A stretch of 64,000 nt of DNA from NCBI RefSeq assembly GCF_009914755.1, contig NC_060927.1. One strand, given 5' to 3'. The number at the start of each line of letters is the position of its first letter. The first letter of the stretch is position 1. A model generated the notes under the pieces. It saw only the letters and a program-made list of their open reading frames with translations, was not told the DNA's origin and ran no database searches. This document shows, one piece after another, positions 1 through 13,340 of this stretch. The position numbers were made by a program, and so were the translations under genes. The stretch comes from the human T2T-CHM13v2.0 reference genome, Homo sapiens.

Positions 1-734
1 ATAAGATTTCATAGATCCACTGTAGCAAATCCTGTGAAAAGGTGACCTATTTCCCTTGTGGCTGATAGATTTATGGATATCTTTCCATATCAAATCTCAG
101 CATGGAAAAGTGGCAGGCAGTGGGGAGGAAGAGGAGGGAGACTGGATGAGAATAACTGTACATGTAAAATTTTTGTTGTTCCTTAATTGAACAAAATTAA
201 TTGAGACAAGTCTGCATTCCTGTTTTGTAGGCAATTTTAATGATTTTTGGATCACAAATGTATTAGAACTAGAATGAAAACCTTTTCAAATGTTAAAATA
301 GTCCATGCAGTTTGCCTTGTATGAGGGAATATGTTCTCTTTTACCTAAACTGATAAACTCAAGGTTTACCCAGGGAGAAAAAATCAGAAATAATAAAGTT
401 TAAGGGAGCTGTAAAATTGCTTTGAAATATGTCGCACACATTTTCAAGGCTGCAGCTTTGCCCAGCTACAATTTATGGATGAAGTTCAGATCTCTATGAT
501 GCTCTAGCATGAAAGTGGCTTCCAGGAACCTTTGGGGATGGGATATTTGGGATTTAGTTTATCTTATTTAATTCTACTTTCTTTGTATTTTCTCTTATAA
601 ATGAAAACACGGTGTATCAAAGCTTTGTTAATATTGTATTAGTAAATTGAAGCTCCAAACACAGCAATGAAATGCAGAAATCCTCTGTTAGATCATTTAA
701 ATAGCCTTTCTTATTTCACAGTGTTGTTATTTTT

Positions 735-1110
735 AAACAGCATTGTCGAGGTGTAATTGACATACAACAATGTATATAAGATGTACAATTGGATACTTTT
801 GACATATGTATACAGTGTGAACCATCATCACAATCAAGATAATGAACATTCTCATTGCCACCAAAAATCTGCACATGCTTGTTGAATATCTCCCCCAATC
901 CCCAGTAATGACTGATATGCGTTTCATCACTACATATTAACTTGCATTTTCTATTAATAGAGTTTTATATAAGTGGGATTCTACAGTATGTGCTCTGGTG
1001 GGTCTGGCCCTTTCACTGAGCATAATCACTCAGAGATTCACCCTTGCGGTTTCACATACCCGTATTCATTCCTTTTTATTGCTGAGCGGTATTCCATTGT
1101 ATGGATATAC
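735..1110 (-). mobile_element. Old L1M (L1MB/L1MC-like) 3' end fragment
   Basis: Antisense L1M 3'UTR/ORF2-end motifs (gaggtgtaattgacatac..., ttcctttttattgctgagcggtattccattgtatggatatac); the minus ORF ends in an MEYRSAIKRNE-like ORF2 C-terminal motif. Confidence 0.75.
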
Positions 1111-1542
1111 AAAGTGCTAGGTGATGCTGGGCCCTCTGTTGAAAGGAGTCTAGGAACTGAGTTGGTGATAACAGGAATCCTGCCACCTCCAGGTCCATTC
1201 AGCATGAGGCATGATGGGATGCTTAATAAGTTATATCCTCTCACAAAGGAATTTCTGAACCTGCCATTTGAGAGCATGCCATTGAGTTATGATTCCTATA
1301 ATTGAGGGAATGGAGCTATGCCTCCCACTGAATGATCTGTTGGGCCTTTCGGAACTGAGACCAAAATAAAGAAATTAACATAAATAGTGCACATTGCAAA
1401 TTAGTTGTTTCTGCATCAAAATTAATAAAAGCAATGGACCCAGGTGTCTGGGGATCTTTTCCAAATTCTTTTGGTTTGAATGTACTTAAAGGATTACTAT
1501 TCCAAGCGCCAGGAACTAGGATACTTAAAAAATGACATTAAG

Positions 1543-1660
1543 TGTGTATGTGTATATATATATACACACATGCATATGTACACACACATATATATACACA
1601 TGTTTGTGTATAAATACAGACATATATACATGTGTGTATATATATATATATATAGATATA
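1543..1660. repeat. (TA)n/(CATATA)n-type low-complexity microsatellite
   Basis: Alternating purine-pyrimidine TA/CA/TG run. Confidence 0.9.
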
Positions 1661-1703
1661 AAAGTCATTCTATTTAATGTCATTGAATAGAATGGCACTT
1701 TTA

Positions 1704-2425
1704 TTTTTTGTTTTGTTTTGTTTTTTTATTTTATTATTATTATACTTTAAGTTTTAGGGTACATGTGCACAATGTGCAAGTTAGTTACATATGTATACAT
1801 GTGCCATGCTGGTGTGCTGCACCCATTAACTCGTCATTTAGCATTAGGTATATCTCCTAATGCTATCCCTCCCCCCTCCCCCCTCCCCCCACCCCACAAC
1901 ATCACCCCAGAGTGTGATGTCCCCCTTCCTGTGTCCATGTGTTCTCATTGTTCAATTCCCACCTATGAGTGAGAACAAGCGGTGTTTGGTTTTTTGTCCT
2001 TACGATAGTTTACTGAGAATTATGATTTCCAATTTCATCCATGTCCCTACAAAGGACATGAACTCATCCTTTTTTATGGCTGCATAGTATTCCATGGTGT
2101 ATATGTGCCACATTTTCTTAATCCAGTCTATCATTGTTGGACATTTGGGTTGGTTCCAAGTCTTCGCTATTGTGAATAGTGCCGCAATAAACATACGTGT
2201 GCATGTGTCTTTATAGCAGCATGATTTATAATCCTTTGGGTATACACCCAGTAATGGGATGGCTAGGTCAAATGGTATTTCTAGTTCTAGATCCCTGATG
2301 AATCGCCACACTGACTTCCACAATGGTTGAACTAGTTTACAGTCCCACCAACAGTGTAAAAGTGTTCCTATTTCTCCACATCCTCTCCAGCACCTGTTGT
2401 TTCCTGACTTTTTAATGATTGCCAT
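1704..2425 (-). mobile_element. 5'-truncated L1PA3-like LINE-1 with TSD
   Basis: ORF2 C-terminus (ORF 2000-2425, [18 protein letters not shown]), 3'UTR with GCTAAATGACGAGTTAATGGG/GTAACTAA diagnostics, T-rich tail; TSD atagaa(t/c)ggcactttta at 1687-1703 and 2424-2440; TTTT/AA endonuclease site. Confidence 0.93.
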
Positions 2426-3700
2426 AGAACGGCACTTTTAAAACAAATCATACACAAACTCATAAATCACAAGCAAATAGCTTGATGGATAAAATGAACA
2501 CAACCATGCAACCACCAATTAGATCTAGAAATAGAACCCTACTGGTATTTAAGAAGCTCTACCAGGTCACTTCCCAGTCATTATCCTCACCTTCATCCAC
2601 AAAGGTAAACACTAGCCTGACTTCTATCACAATAGATTAGTTTTGTTTTTGAGTTTTATATACGTACCATCATGCATTATATATACATACATATATATAA
2701 AATACGTGTGTATGTGTATATATATATGAACTATTTTAGTCCACATTAATGAGATTACTCCATGTAATCTTTTTAAAATTTTTATGTTAAATTTCATTGA
2801 ATGAGTATTCTACAATTTATGTATGTTACCAGTGTTAGGGTATCATGAACAATGCTTCAAGAGCATTCTTACACATATTGGACATATACCTAGGAGTGGA
2901 GAAGTGGAACTGCTGAGTGGTAGGGTATGCATATGTTCAGCTTTAGTAGATAAAGCCAGTTTTCCAACATGAGTTGTACCAACTCACAGTTCTATCAGCA
3001 TACTATCAGCATATGAATTCCTGTTGCTTAATATCATTGTACAATCAGGTTGTTTAAGTTTGACCATTCTGGTAGGTCTGTAATAATATCTCATCCATTT
3101 ATTTTCCCTGAAGACTGATGAAGTTAAGCATCGTTTCATGTTTTCTTAAAATTTGAATATTCTCTTTTATGTAGTCCCTGGTTAAATTCCTTGCCAATAT
3201 TTCTTAATTGCATTTTCTTTTTCTTATTGATATGTAGGAATTCATTATATATTCTGTATATGTGCCCTTTGTTAGCTATATGTATTGCAGATACCTTCTC
3301 CCATAATGTAGATTGCCTTTTCACTTGTTAAATGTGTCTTTAATGAAGAGAAATTTTAAAACTTTTAATGTAGTCAATGCTTCTATCTTTTCATATATGG
3401 TATCTTTTGTTTCCTTTTTAAGAAATCTTTGCCTACTTCAAGATCATAAAAATGTTCTATGTTACATTCTAGAAGCTTTAACATTTCACTTTCACATTTA
3501 AACAAGTAATCCACCTGAAATTGGTATTTGTAGGTGATATTTGTAGATGATCAAGAGCCATGTTTCCCAATTGGATATGGATATATAGTTGACCCAACAC
3601 CATGAAGAGATTGTTTTACATAGTGCCAGGCAATGCCTCCTCTGTCATAAATGTCCAAACATGTGTAGATCTGTTGGGTTATCAGAATTGCTCTAAGTCT

Positions 3701-4354
3701 TGTGATGGTTAATACTGAGTGTCAACTTGATTAGATTGAAGGATACAAAGTATTGATCATTGGTGTGTCTGTGAGGGTGTTGCCAGAGGAGATTAACATT
3801 TGAGTCAGTGGGCTGGGAAAGGCCGACCCAACTTTAATTTGAGTGGGCACAATCTAATCAGCTGCCATAGAGGCTAGAATATAAGCAGGCAGAAAAATGT
3901 GAAAAAAGAGACTGGCCTAGCCTCCCAGCCTACATCTTTCTCTAGTGCTGGATGCTTCCTGCCCTCAAACATCAGACTCCATGTTCTTCAGTTTTGGAAC
4001 CTGGACTGGCTCTCTTTGCTCCTTAGTTTGCAGATGGCCTACTGTAGGGCCTTGTGACCATGTGAGTTAATGCTTAATAAACTCCCCTTCATATATATAT
4101 ATGTCTGTGTGTGTGTGTGTGTATATACATATACACAATATATATACAATATATACAATATACATATATACAAGATATATATGTATATAATATATAGTAT
4201 TATATAATAAAATTGTACATCTTTTGTACAATATATTATATATTATATATATATGTATATATACACACACACATATGTATAATACATATATTAGTCCTGT
4301 CCCTCTGTTGGTTCTGCACTTCCATTTGTTCTGTCCCTCTAGAGAACTGACACA
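3701..4354 (+). mobile_element. MLT2A-type (HERV-L) solo LTR with internal (TA)n expansion
   Basis: Starts TGTGATGGTTAATACTGAGTGTCAACTTGATT, ends CTCTAGAGAACTGACACA; 5-bp TSD agtct at 3696-3700 and 4355-4359. Confidence 0.9.
4091..4291. repeat. (TA)n/(TG)n compound microsatellite inside the MLT2A LTR
   Basis: AT-rich alternating repeat after the LTR AATAAA. Confidence 0.9.
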
Positions 4355-4935
4355 AGTCTATACATCAGTTTAAAAACAGTTAATATCTTGACAATATTAA
4401 AATTTCCAGTCTGGGGACTGAGCATGTTCCTCCACTTCAAGTCTTTTAAACATTTTTTCAAAAATATTTTGAATTTTTTTGTGTAGAGGTGTTACATATT
4501 TTATAAGATGTATTTATAGGTATTTATTGTTTGTATGCTATTGTGAAAGATATTTTTGTTTACTTGTTTTATCTTGTGTTCATTGCATATATGTTTGTTT
4601 ACATGGTAACCTTGATAAAATCACTTTTTAATTCTAATGGTTAATCAGTTATTTGTATTTTCTTCTTATACAACCATATTATCTGTGAATAATCATAGTT
4701 TTATTTCTTCCTTGCCAAACCTTGTTTTATTTTTATTGTCTCATTCTACCTCCAGCAAAATATTGAATCGAGTGGCAATGGTAGGCATAATTTTCTTAAT
4801 CCAATTTCTGGGGGAAAGGAGTAGTTAAAAGAGAACAGACATAATATTTTAGCATTAACTGTAGTATTTTCTGTACATTTTTATAGATAACTTTTATTAG
4901 GCTAAGAAAATACCTTTTATTCCTAGTTTGCTAAG

Positions 4936-6408
4936 TTTTTTTTAAGTTCAAGGATACATGTACAGAACATGCAGGTGTATGGCACAGGCATACATGTGCC
5001 ATGGTGGTTTGCTGCACCTCTCAACCCATCATCTAGGTTTTAAGCCCTGCATGCATTAGGTTATTTGTCCTAAAGCTATCCTTCCTCTCCCCACCTACCT
5101 GCTGACAGGCCCTGGTGTGTGATGTTCCCCTCCCTGTGTCCACGTGTTCTCATTGTTCAACTTCCACTTATGAGTGAGAACATGTGGTGTTTAGTTTTCT
5201 GTTCCTGTGTTAATTTGCTGAGAGTGATGGTTTCCAGCTTCATCCATGTTCCTTCAAACGACATGAACTCATTCTTTTTTTGGCTGCATAGTATTCCATG
5301 GTATATATGTGCCACATTTTCTTTATCCAGTCTATCATTGATGGATATTTGGGTTGGTTCCAAGTCTTTGCTATTGTAAACAGTGCTGCAATAAACATAC
5401 ATGTGCATGTGTCTTTATAGTAAAACGATTTATAATCCTTTGGGTATATACCCAGTAATGGGATTGCTGGGTCAAATGGTATTGCTGATTCTAGATCCTT
5501 GAGGAATCACCACACTGTCTTCCACAATGGCTCAACTAATTTACATTCCCACCAAAAGTGTAAAAGCACTCCTATTTCTCCACATCCTCACCAGCATCTG
5601 TTGTTTCCTGACTTTTGAATGGTTGCCGTTCTAACTGGCATGAGATGGTATCTCATTGTGGTTTTGATTTGCATTTCTCTAATGACCAGTGATGAGCTTT
5701 TTTTCATATGTTTGTTGACCGCATTAATGCCTTCTTTTGCAAAGTGTCTGTTCATATCCTTTGTTGCCCACTTGTTGATGGGGCTGTTTTCTTCTTGTAA
5801 ATTTAAGTTCCTTGTAGACTCTGAATATTAGAACTTTGTCAGATAGAGAGATTGCAAAAATTTTCTCCCATTCTGTAGGTTTTCTGTTCACTCTGATGAT
5901 AGTTTCTTTTGCTGTGCAGAAGCTCTTTAGTTTAATTAGATCCCATTTGTCTATTTTGGCTTTTGTTGTACTTGCTTTTGGTGTTTTAGTTATGAAGCCT
6001 TTGCCCATGCCTATGTCCTGAATGGTATTGCATAGGTTTTCTTCTAGGGTTTTTATAGTTTTAGGTTTTACATTTAAGTCTTTAAGCCATTTTGAGTTAA
6101 TTTTTGTATATGGTGTAAGGAAGGGGTCCAGTTTCAGTTTTCTGCATATGGCTAGCCAGTTTTCCCAGCACCATTTATTAAGTAGGGAATCCTTTCCCCA
6201 TTGCTGGGGAAGGTTTGTCGAAGATCAGATGGTTGTAGATGTGTGGTGTTATTTCTGAGGCCTCAGTTCTGTTCCACTGGTCTATATATCTGTTTTGGTA
6301 CAAGTACTATGCTGTTTTGGTTACTGTACTCTTGTAGTATAGTTTGAAGTCAGGTAGCATGATGCCTCCAGCTTTGTTCTTTTTGCTTAGGATTGTCTTG
6401 GCTATACA
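4936..6408 (-). mobile_element. 5'-truncated L1PA8-like LINE-1 (~1.5 kb)
   Basis: 3'UTR with GGTTTTAAGCCCTGCATGCATTAGG signature; ORF2 fragments ([21 protein letters not shown]). Confidence 0.85.
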
Positions 6409-7854
6409 GATGTAGAATTTAACAAATGCTTCTCATTTATCTATTAAAATAATCATATGATTTTCTGTAGTATTCTATTAAAGTGAGGAATTACATCCAT
6501 TTTTTAATGTTGAACCAATCTTGTATTTCTTAAATAAATTTATCTTTGCTATTTTATATCATTATCCCTTTTATAAATCACTCTGTAATTTTCTAATATT
6601 TTGTTTGGGATTTTTAGATTTATGTTTATGAGTAAGTTTGGCCAGAAATTACATTTTTTTGTTGTAATATTCTTGTAAGGTGTTAGTATTACAACTATCT
6701 TGAATGTTTGTGAGAATGTTAGAGAAGCCATTTTAGCCTGAAGTTTTCTAAAGATTTTTATTTACATATTTATTTATGCATTTAATTTCTATAGTAGTTA
6801 GAATTTTATGTAGTATTATATACATTTGTTATTTCTTCTTGAGTTAGTTTTGGTAAGTTATTTTTAGGAATTTGCCTTTTTTCAAAATTATTGTTATGAG
6901 TGTCTTATAACATCAGCTCATTCTTTTTCTAAGAGCTACAGAATCTATATTAATAAACTACTTTCTTGGTCATATCGGCTCTCTCTCTCATTCTCCCCTA
7001 CCAAAAATCATTTTTTTCTTTACCTCAATCTCTATCTTCTTTTAGAACTCCAATGATATATATCTTAACCTTTTGATACTGTCTCACAGATCTCTGAAGC
7101 TCTGTTTATATTTAATTTTTTTCTAGTTCTTTCTATTGGATTATTTCTATTGCTCTCTCTTAAGTTTACTTACGCTTTCACCTGTCATTTCCCTTCTACT
7201 AAATATATCTAGTTTTTAAATTAAAATTTTTTTTAGTTCTGGAAGTCCATTAAATTATTTAGTTTCTATTTCTCTACTAAAATTTCTTATCTCTTTAGTC
7301 ATTATGAATATGTTTCCTTTTCATCTTTGAGCATAGATATCATGGCTGCTTTGAAATTAGATGCTGCTAATTTCGACATCTGAGTTATCTCAGGTTTAGT
7401 CACCATTGATTTTCTTTTCTGTTGAAAATGGATCGTATTCTCCTGTCTCTTCATATACTGAAGAAATTTGAGTTATATCCTGGACATTGTGATTGTTATG
7501 CTGTAAGACCCTGGAATCTGCTATGCTGCTCAGAAGAATATTAATGTTTTTGTTTTAGCAGACCTTTAGCTTAGTTGAACTGAAATTGCAAACTCTATCT
7601 CTTGAGTGGCAGATCAAAGCTTAGTTTAATTCTTTTATCATTAGCTGTAGTCTGACTCATGCAATGCATGACCCAGTAGTCAGCTAGAAATTTGGACCAA
7701 GATTATACATAGAATTTGAGACTTCCCCATTCAGGCATTCTCCTTTCTGGGATTTCCCATTTAATTTCTAGTAACTCTGGTTGTCCTTAACTCCGTTCTC
7801 TGATTCTTCAGGCAAAGGGCTGTGAGTTTTCTATTAGAATTATAGCTACCCCAT

Positions 7855-8251
7855 TGTTATGGTCTAAATGTTTGTGTCCCCCCACAAAATTTATATGCTG
7901 AAGACCTAACCTCCTCGTGTGGCTTTAATTGGAGATGGGACCTCTAAGGAAGTAATTAAGGTTAAATGAGTTCATAAGGGTGAGGCCCTTTCTGATAGGA
8001 TTAGTGTCCTTTTAAGAAGAAATACCACAGAACTTGCTCTTCCCTCACACACGCACAAAGAAGAGGTCATAGGAGCACACAGTGAGATAACAGCCATCTC
8101 CAATTTAAGGAGAAAGTTTCACCAGATGCCAACCCTTCTTACACTTTGACACTGGACTTCCAGTCTCCAGAACTGTGAGAAAATTAATTTCTGTTGTATA
8201 AGCCACCCAATCTATGGTATTTTGTTATGGCAGCCTGAGAAGACTAATACA
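7855..8251 (+). mobile_element. MLT1A/MLT1A0 MaLR solo LTR
   Basis: TGTTATGGTCTAAATGTTTGTGTCCCCC...CCAGAACTGTGAGAAAATTAATTTCTGTTG...GACTAATACA; near-TSD cccat/accat. Confidence 0.85.
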
Positions 8252-8575
8252 ACCATGGAGTCCTGATTTGGCCTATTCTCAGGTTAAAAGCCATAAAACC
8301 AGGCAACTCACACTGCATCATTCCTTTTCCTGATGTCACTTCCTTCCAGAATCTGCTTGTTTTTGTTCACTCTCCAACTTCAGGTTGTTGCTTTTGTATT
8401 TTGTCCAAAGTTTATACTTATTATCTGGGGAAGAGTCATGTCTGGTAGGAGCTTACCTGGTGATAGAAGTAGAATACATGTTTATCAATTTTATTTGTAT
8501 TTTCAATAAACCATCTCTTTGTTTATTCTCTCCACTGTATATTTGTTTTCTGTTCCATTAATTTCTGTTTTTCTC

Positions 8576-8650
8576 TTAATTATCTTAAGATATCTTAAGA
8601 AAATTAATTATCTTAAGATATCTTAAGAAAATTAATTATCTTAATTATCT
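8576..8650. repeat. 28-bp tandem repeat (~2.3 copies) of a near-palindromic unit
   Basis: ttaattatcttaagatatcttaagaaaa at 8576 and 8604, partial third copy at 8632. Confidence 0.92.
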
Positions 8651-9362
8651 TTCTTTTTATATGTGTGTGGGAGGCTTCATTTACTAAGTTTGTATTCCCA
8701 ACCTGCTGAAATGTACTTAGATCATTGACTTGTTAGCCTTCTTTTTAACATTATTAAATGAATAATATTATTAGTTATGCTTTTCAAATCCTTTGTATTA
8801 AATTTTTTGACTGTTTATTCTATTATTTACTGAATGAAGTTATTAAGATATCACACTACGCTTATAAAAATGCCTTTCTCCTTTTAGTTCTGATTTTTTG
8901 CTATATATATTTTAAGTGTATGTTATTAGATTTAATTGTTCTATAGTCCAAAGAATAGTTCTTTTAATGGTATAAAATACTCCTCTTTATCTCTACTAAG
9001 ACTTTTTGCTTTAAAGACTATATTGTTTAACAGTATTGTTGAGTAGCCCAGCTTTCTTTTGCTTAGTGTTTGCATGGCATTAATTTCATTTCCATATAGA
9101 AAGTAAAAGTGTTCTGTTTCCTTATATTTAAGTCTTTTTAAAATAACATAGAGTTATATTTTTATATTTTTATCCAAATTTGTATCCAACCTGTCTTTAT
9201 CTCATAATTGATTGGCATACTAAGGCAAAATTATGGCAAAATCAATGGAACTCAATTCTGTATTTAGGGTGAACTATAAATAATCACAGTTGTAGAGGCA
9301 GACTTAACTATTGCCAGAAAAACTGCTACAACAAAATGGCACCCTAGACCAGACCAGTAAAT

Positions 9363-9408
9363 AATGAGAAATTAATGTCAGCCTCAATGAGAAATTAATG
9401 TCAGCCTC
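9363..9408. repeat. Perfect 23-bp tandem duplication
   Basis: aatgagaaattaatgtcagcctc x2. Confidence 0.95.
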
Positions 9409-9599
9409 ACTATGTAATATTTTTATTTATTGTAACTAATTATTGTGAGTTAACTTTATATTATTTTATTTCATAAATTTATTCTCAATGAGATCTTTTT
9501 ATTATGTTATTTAAAATCCTAAAATAAGGAACCACTATAAGTTATCTAATACACCAAGGATATTAACGTGAAGTCTAGTCTACAGATCCTGCTTTGGTA

Positions 9600-9723
9600 G
9601 CCATGGGTGAGTACCAAATTCTGTACAGATGGATGGCTAAACATTTTTCTGGGGAGAGGTTCTAAAGCTTTGATCTATTTCTTGAAAAAGTCTATGATTC
9701 CCTCCAGATTTAAGAACACCTGG
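9600..9723. mobile_element. hAT-Charlie-like DNA transposon relic
   Basis: tttttctggggagagg...gatttaagaacacctg resembles a Charlie-family terminus; a similar remnant lies at ~43090-43140 and ~43830-43875. Confidence 0.4.
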
Positions 9724-10553
9724 TATCCCATCAGTATCTGAATTCAGGTCCCCAGAGTAAATAAAACAGGGGAAGCAATTCCTTTACAGAATCCTGCTTT
9801 GACGAGGTTTACTTTTAAAAGAGTATGCCAAACTATATAATAGAATATAATAATATGCACCACACCAAATCCCGTCTGAACTGTTATCTCAAACAAACTG
9901 CCTAAAATGGCCTGCTGCGTAGCAGTTTTCTATAAACTTGGGTTCTTTTCCTCCCCCTTTATCACTAGCTTTAGTGCACTGAGAAAAAACATCAAGATTG
10001 GGAGATTGTGATTATAAAGGAAAAACAGATTTCTTCCAGTAGAATCAATATCTATAAAATTGTTATTTCACTGGTAACATTTGAAATAATAATGAACTGT
10101 ATAATACTTTCATTTTAAGGCCTATGGGTTGCTCAATAAAAATGTTTAAAGCTTATATATTTTTCAAATATGGCAAATGTTAAGTTTTACCACCATGGAG
10201 ATTTGGTCTTTATACTGCTATATTAAAGTGTTGTTTGTGCTTTTCTAATTCTTTTTCATTAAAAAAAAGATTTAGCAAATTTGAATAAAATTGGCTAAAA
10301 AGTAATTATGAGATCAAATTGATCTGCATTATGTTGGAACATGAAACCACATTAGGGATGCCAGAATTCAGATTGGAGGTAAGTTATCCCCAGTTGATGT
10401 TACTAGAATATGGGATTAAGATTTACAAAATCAACTGTTGACTAAATGTTTTGTGATACTTACAAAAGGAGAAATGTGAAATTACCTAATTTGCACTTGC
10501 TTGTGGTATGGTAATTTCATGTGAACAGATATTCCTTTAAGCTGCCACATTGC

Positions 10554-10866
10554 TTTTTTTTTTTTTTTTTTTTTTTTGAAACAGAGTCTCACTCTGTTGC
10601 CCAGGCTGGAGTGCACTGGCATGATCTCAGCTCACTGCAGCCTCCGCCTCCCAAGTTCAAGAGATTCTCCTGCCTCAGCCCTCAGCCTCCCAAGTAGCTG
10701 GGATTACAGGTGCACGCCACCACGTCTAGCTGGTTTTTGTATTTTTAGTAGAGATAGGGTTTCACTATGTTGGCCAGACTGGTCTCCAACTCCCAACCCC
10801 AGGTGATCCACCAGCCTCAGCCTCCTGAAGTGCTGGGATTATAGACATGAGCCACTGCACCCGGCC
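10554..10866 (-). mobile_element. AluS (Sx/Sz-like)
   Basis: Full dimer, 24-T tail, TSD cacattgc at 10546-10553 and 10867-10874; small internal duplication cctcagc. Confidence 0.95.
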
Positions 10867-12137
10867 CACATTGCATTTTAATTAGAGTCCTTTATTTTTG
10901 GACAATGACCACAGAATAACTACTCTGACCTTCAGTTTCTTAATTACTCTCTGGAAATGAATGAATCGACAAAAAAAAATAGTTTTTAAGTTTCCAAGCC
11001 TGAATCTAAAGGTGACATTACTTCCATGTTCAACTGCAGTACATTCAGCTTTAAAAGACTATTTTACAGAATAAGGAATTTGAATAGAAGAAATTTCTAG
11101 AAACATTCTTTACATATAGCCACCGTGTCCCTGAAAAGAAATGCTAGGACACAGGATTTTGTGATTAGTGTTTTTAAAAACACTTAATCCATCTTTCTTG
11201 CTTTTCAATTACTTTTTTCAAGGAAAATTACTTTTCTAAACATAAGCAGACACAGGTCTAGAAATATTTGACATGAAATTATAAAGTAGTGTTAAAATTA
11301 TATCTACAATCAAAGCCGAGCTCCTTATGTAACCTTACCATTGATTTGAAGAACTTCCTTTATTACCTGACAAGCTTGCTCATTCTGTACATTTATTTTG
11401 ATTTTGTTGGACTTTCAGCCATGCCTATAATGTTGCTGAGGAGTAAAGTATCTTTTATAACCAGAATCATAAATCTTTCTTATAACCAAGAGACTATATC
11501 TGTATGGCTATAGATATTAGTTACTGTCAAAAAGTGCCATCTTATCATATTACGAATTAGAAAACTGAAAGACGGTGCATGGCTGACAATACCTATTAAG
11601 TTTGGTATTGTCAAACCAAATAATTTTCCTTTCTAATCAGGCAATATTTCTAATTACAAATATTTTTAGATAAATATAAATTATTTGGATATGTATTTAG
11701 CCAGATTTTGAAAGCACAACTAGATTAATGTGAGCAAACAAAATGGATATATTTATGAAAAAGTACTCATTCAAATGGAAAAGGTTAAAAAAAAAAAAGA
11801 CATGGAAAAGAAAAAAAACTGACCCATTTGTTTTATGAGGGGTGAGAGAAAAGTGTTATTTTTATTTCAATTTTTCAAGCAAAGGTTTTACACAGATTCA
11901 GTAATGGGATAACTTTCCAGTTTCTTCTTGCCAAGAACAGATGTTATTGTCTAGATGTTCAATGTATGGCCTTTATTGATAGTTTGAATGTCTGCTCATT
12001 ATTAAGTTACTCTAGAAGAAAAACAAATAGAAATGCTGATAAATAGAACTTTAATAACAGGATGTTTAACCTTTTGTGTTTTACTTAAACTCTTTTCCTG
12101 CTCTCAACGTTATGTAATAGTAATTTTATATATATTT

Positions 12138-12296
12138 ATCTCATAAATAGAAACAGGGTCTTGCTCTGTTGCCCAAGCTGGAGGGCAGTGGCATGGTCAT
12201 AGCTCACTGCAACCACAAATTTGGGCTCAAGAGATCCTCCCACTTTGGTCTTTCCCACTGTATTGGGATTACAGGTGTGAGCCACTGCGCCCAGCC
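12138..12296 (-). mobile_element. Alu monomer (FAM/FRAM-like or collapsed AluJ)
   Basis: Single arm; flanked by agtaattttata(t/g)atattt at 12119-12137 and 12297-12315. Confidence 0.8.
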
Positions 12297-12309
12297 AGTA
12301 ATTTTATAG

Positions 12310-12686
<377 letters not shown>

Positions 12687-12909
12687 AGTATTTTTAAAGC
12701 AATTGGTTTCTTAGAATTCATCACATCTACTGTATCCTGATTGTGCTGTTCTGAATGAAAACTGGATGCCATAGAAATGCAGAAAGTTAGCCATGAAATT
12801 TCATGTACTCTGCCTGTCTCCCTAATATATGTATGCATGGAAGAGTTTTATATAAACTGGGGCTTTAAGTGAGGGCAGTGGAAAGAGAAAAGGGACTCAC
12901 CAGCACTTT

Positions 12910-13340
12910 TGTGCTATTTGTCTTTTTGGCCTTAGATACATTCCTACCTTCCCCTGCTTTGCTAGGGTGCCGAGGCTTAAAAATCGTATTAACAAGGCTC
13001 CTTTGCCAACTGGCTTCTAGCTAGGTTTAGTCAATGGGAGATACTAGAAGGAGATAGGATGCAAAAGGAAGTAAGAAGCCATGGTATTTCTCCCCCTCTC
13101 ACCATGCTTTGATAGCTTTTCTATCAACAGCTTCTTCCCTCCGTGGCTCCAGCTTTCTCCAGGTAGATTCACTATGGTTCTAGCTTCTTCTGAGTGGTCC
13201 CTGCTCCAGGCTTTGATGCCCCTTCTTTCCTTTGTATCTCTAACCCTAAGATAGTGGCTCTGGCTTCCTGGAGTTGCTCATCTCTGGGCTGCCTTGTGTT
13301 TCCTGCTTGCTCTTTTAGTTCCTCTAACACCTTTGTAGCT
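12910..13340. mobile_element. LTR33-like ERVL LTR
   Basis: ggctcctttgccaactggcttctagctaggtttagtcaatgggagatactag...agaagccatggtatttctcccc resembles the LTR33 core. Confidence 0.6.

Larger units (their letters stand above)
2445..9200 (-). mobile_element. Fragmented ancient L1M (ME/MC-like) relic hosting younger insertions; 7000-8470 looks like a separate ORF1/5' L1M piece
   Basis: Degenerate antisense ORF2 motifs (ORF 3136-3324 MKRQSTLWEK..IANKGHIYRIY; ORF 6549-6731 LININLKIPNKIL) continue on both sides of the MLT2A, L1PA and MLT1A insertions. Confidence 0.65.

Noticed and set aside
8576-9408. Short direct repeats as a CRISPR-like array
   Set aside because: These are adjacent tandem copies with no unique spacers, in eukaryotic DNA with no cas genes.
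9581-9801. tacaga(a)tcctgctttg occurring twice ~200 bp apart, and a nearby micro-exon-like ag...gtgagt
   Set aside because: Only 16-17 bp with an indel, not placed as a TSD, and the acceptor lacks a pyrimidine tract; compatible with chance.
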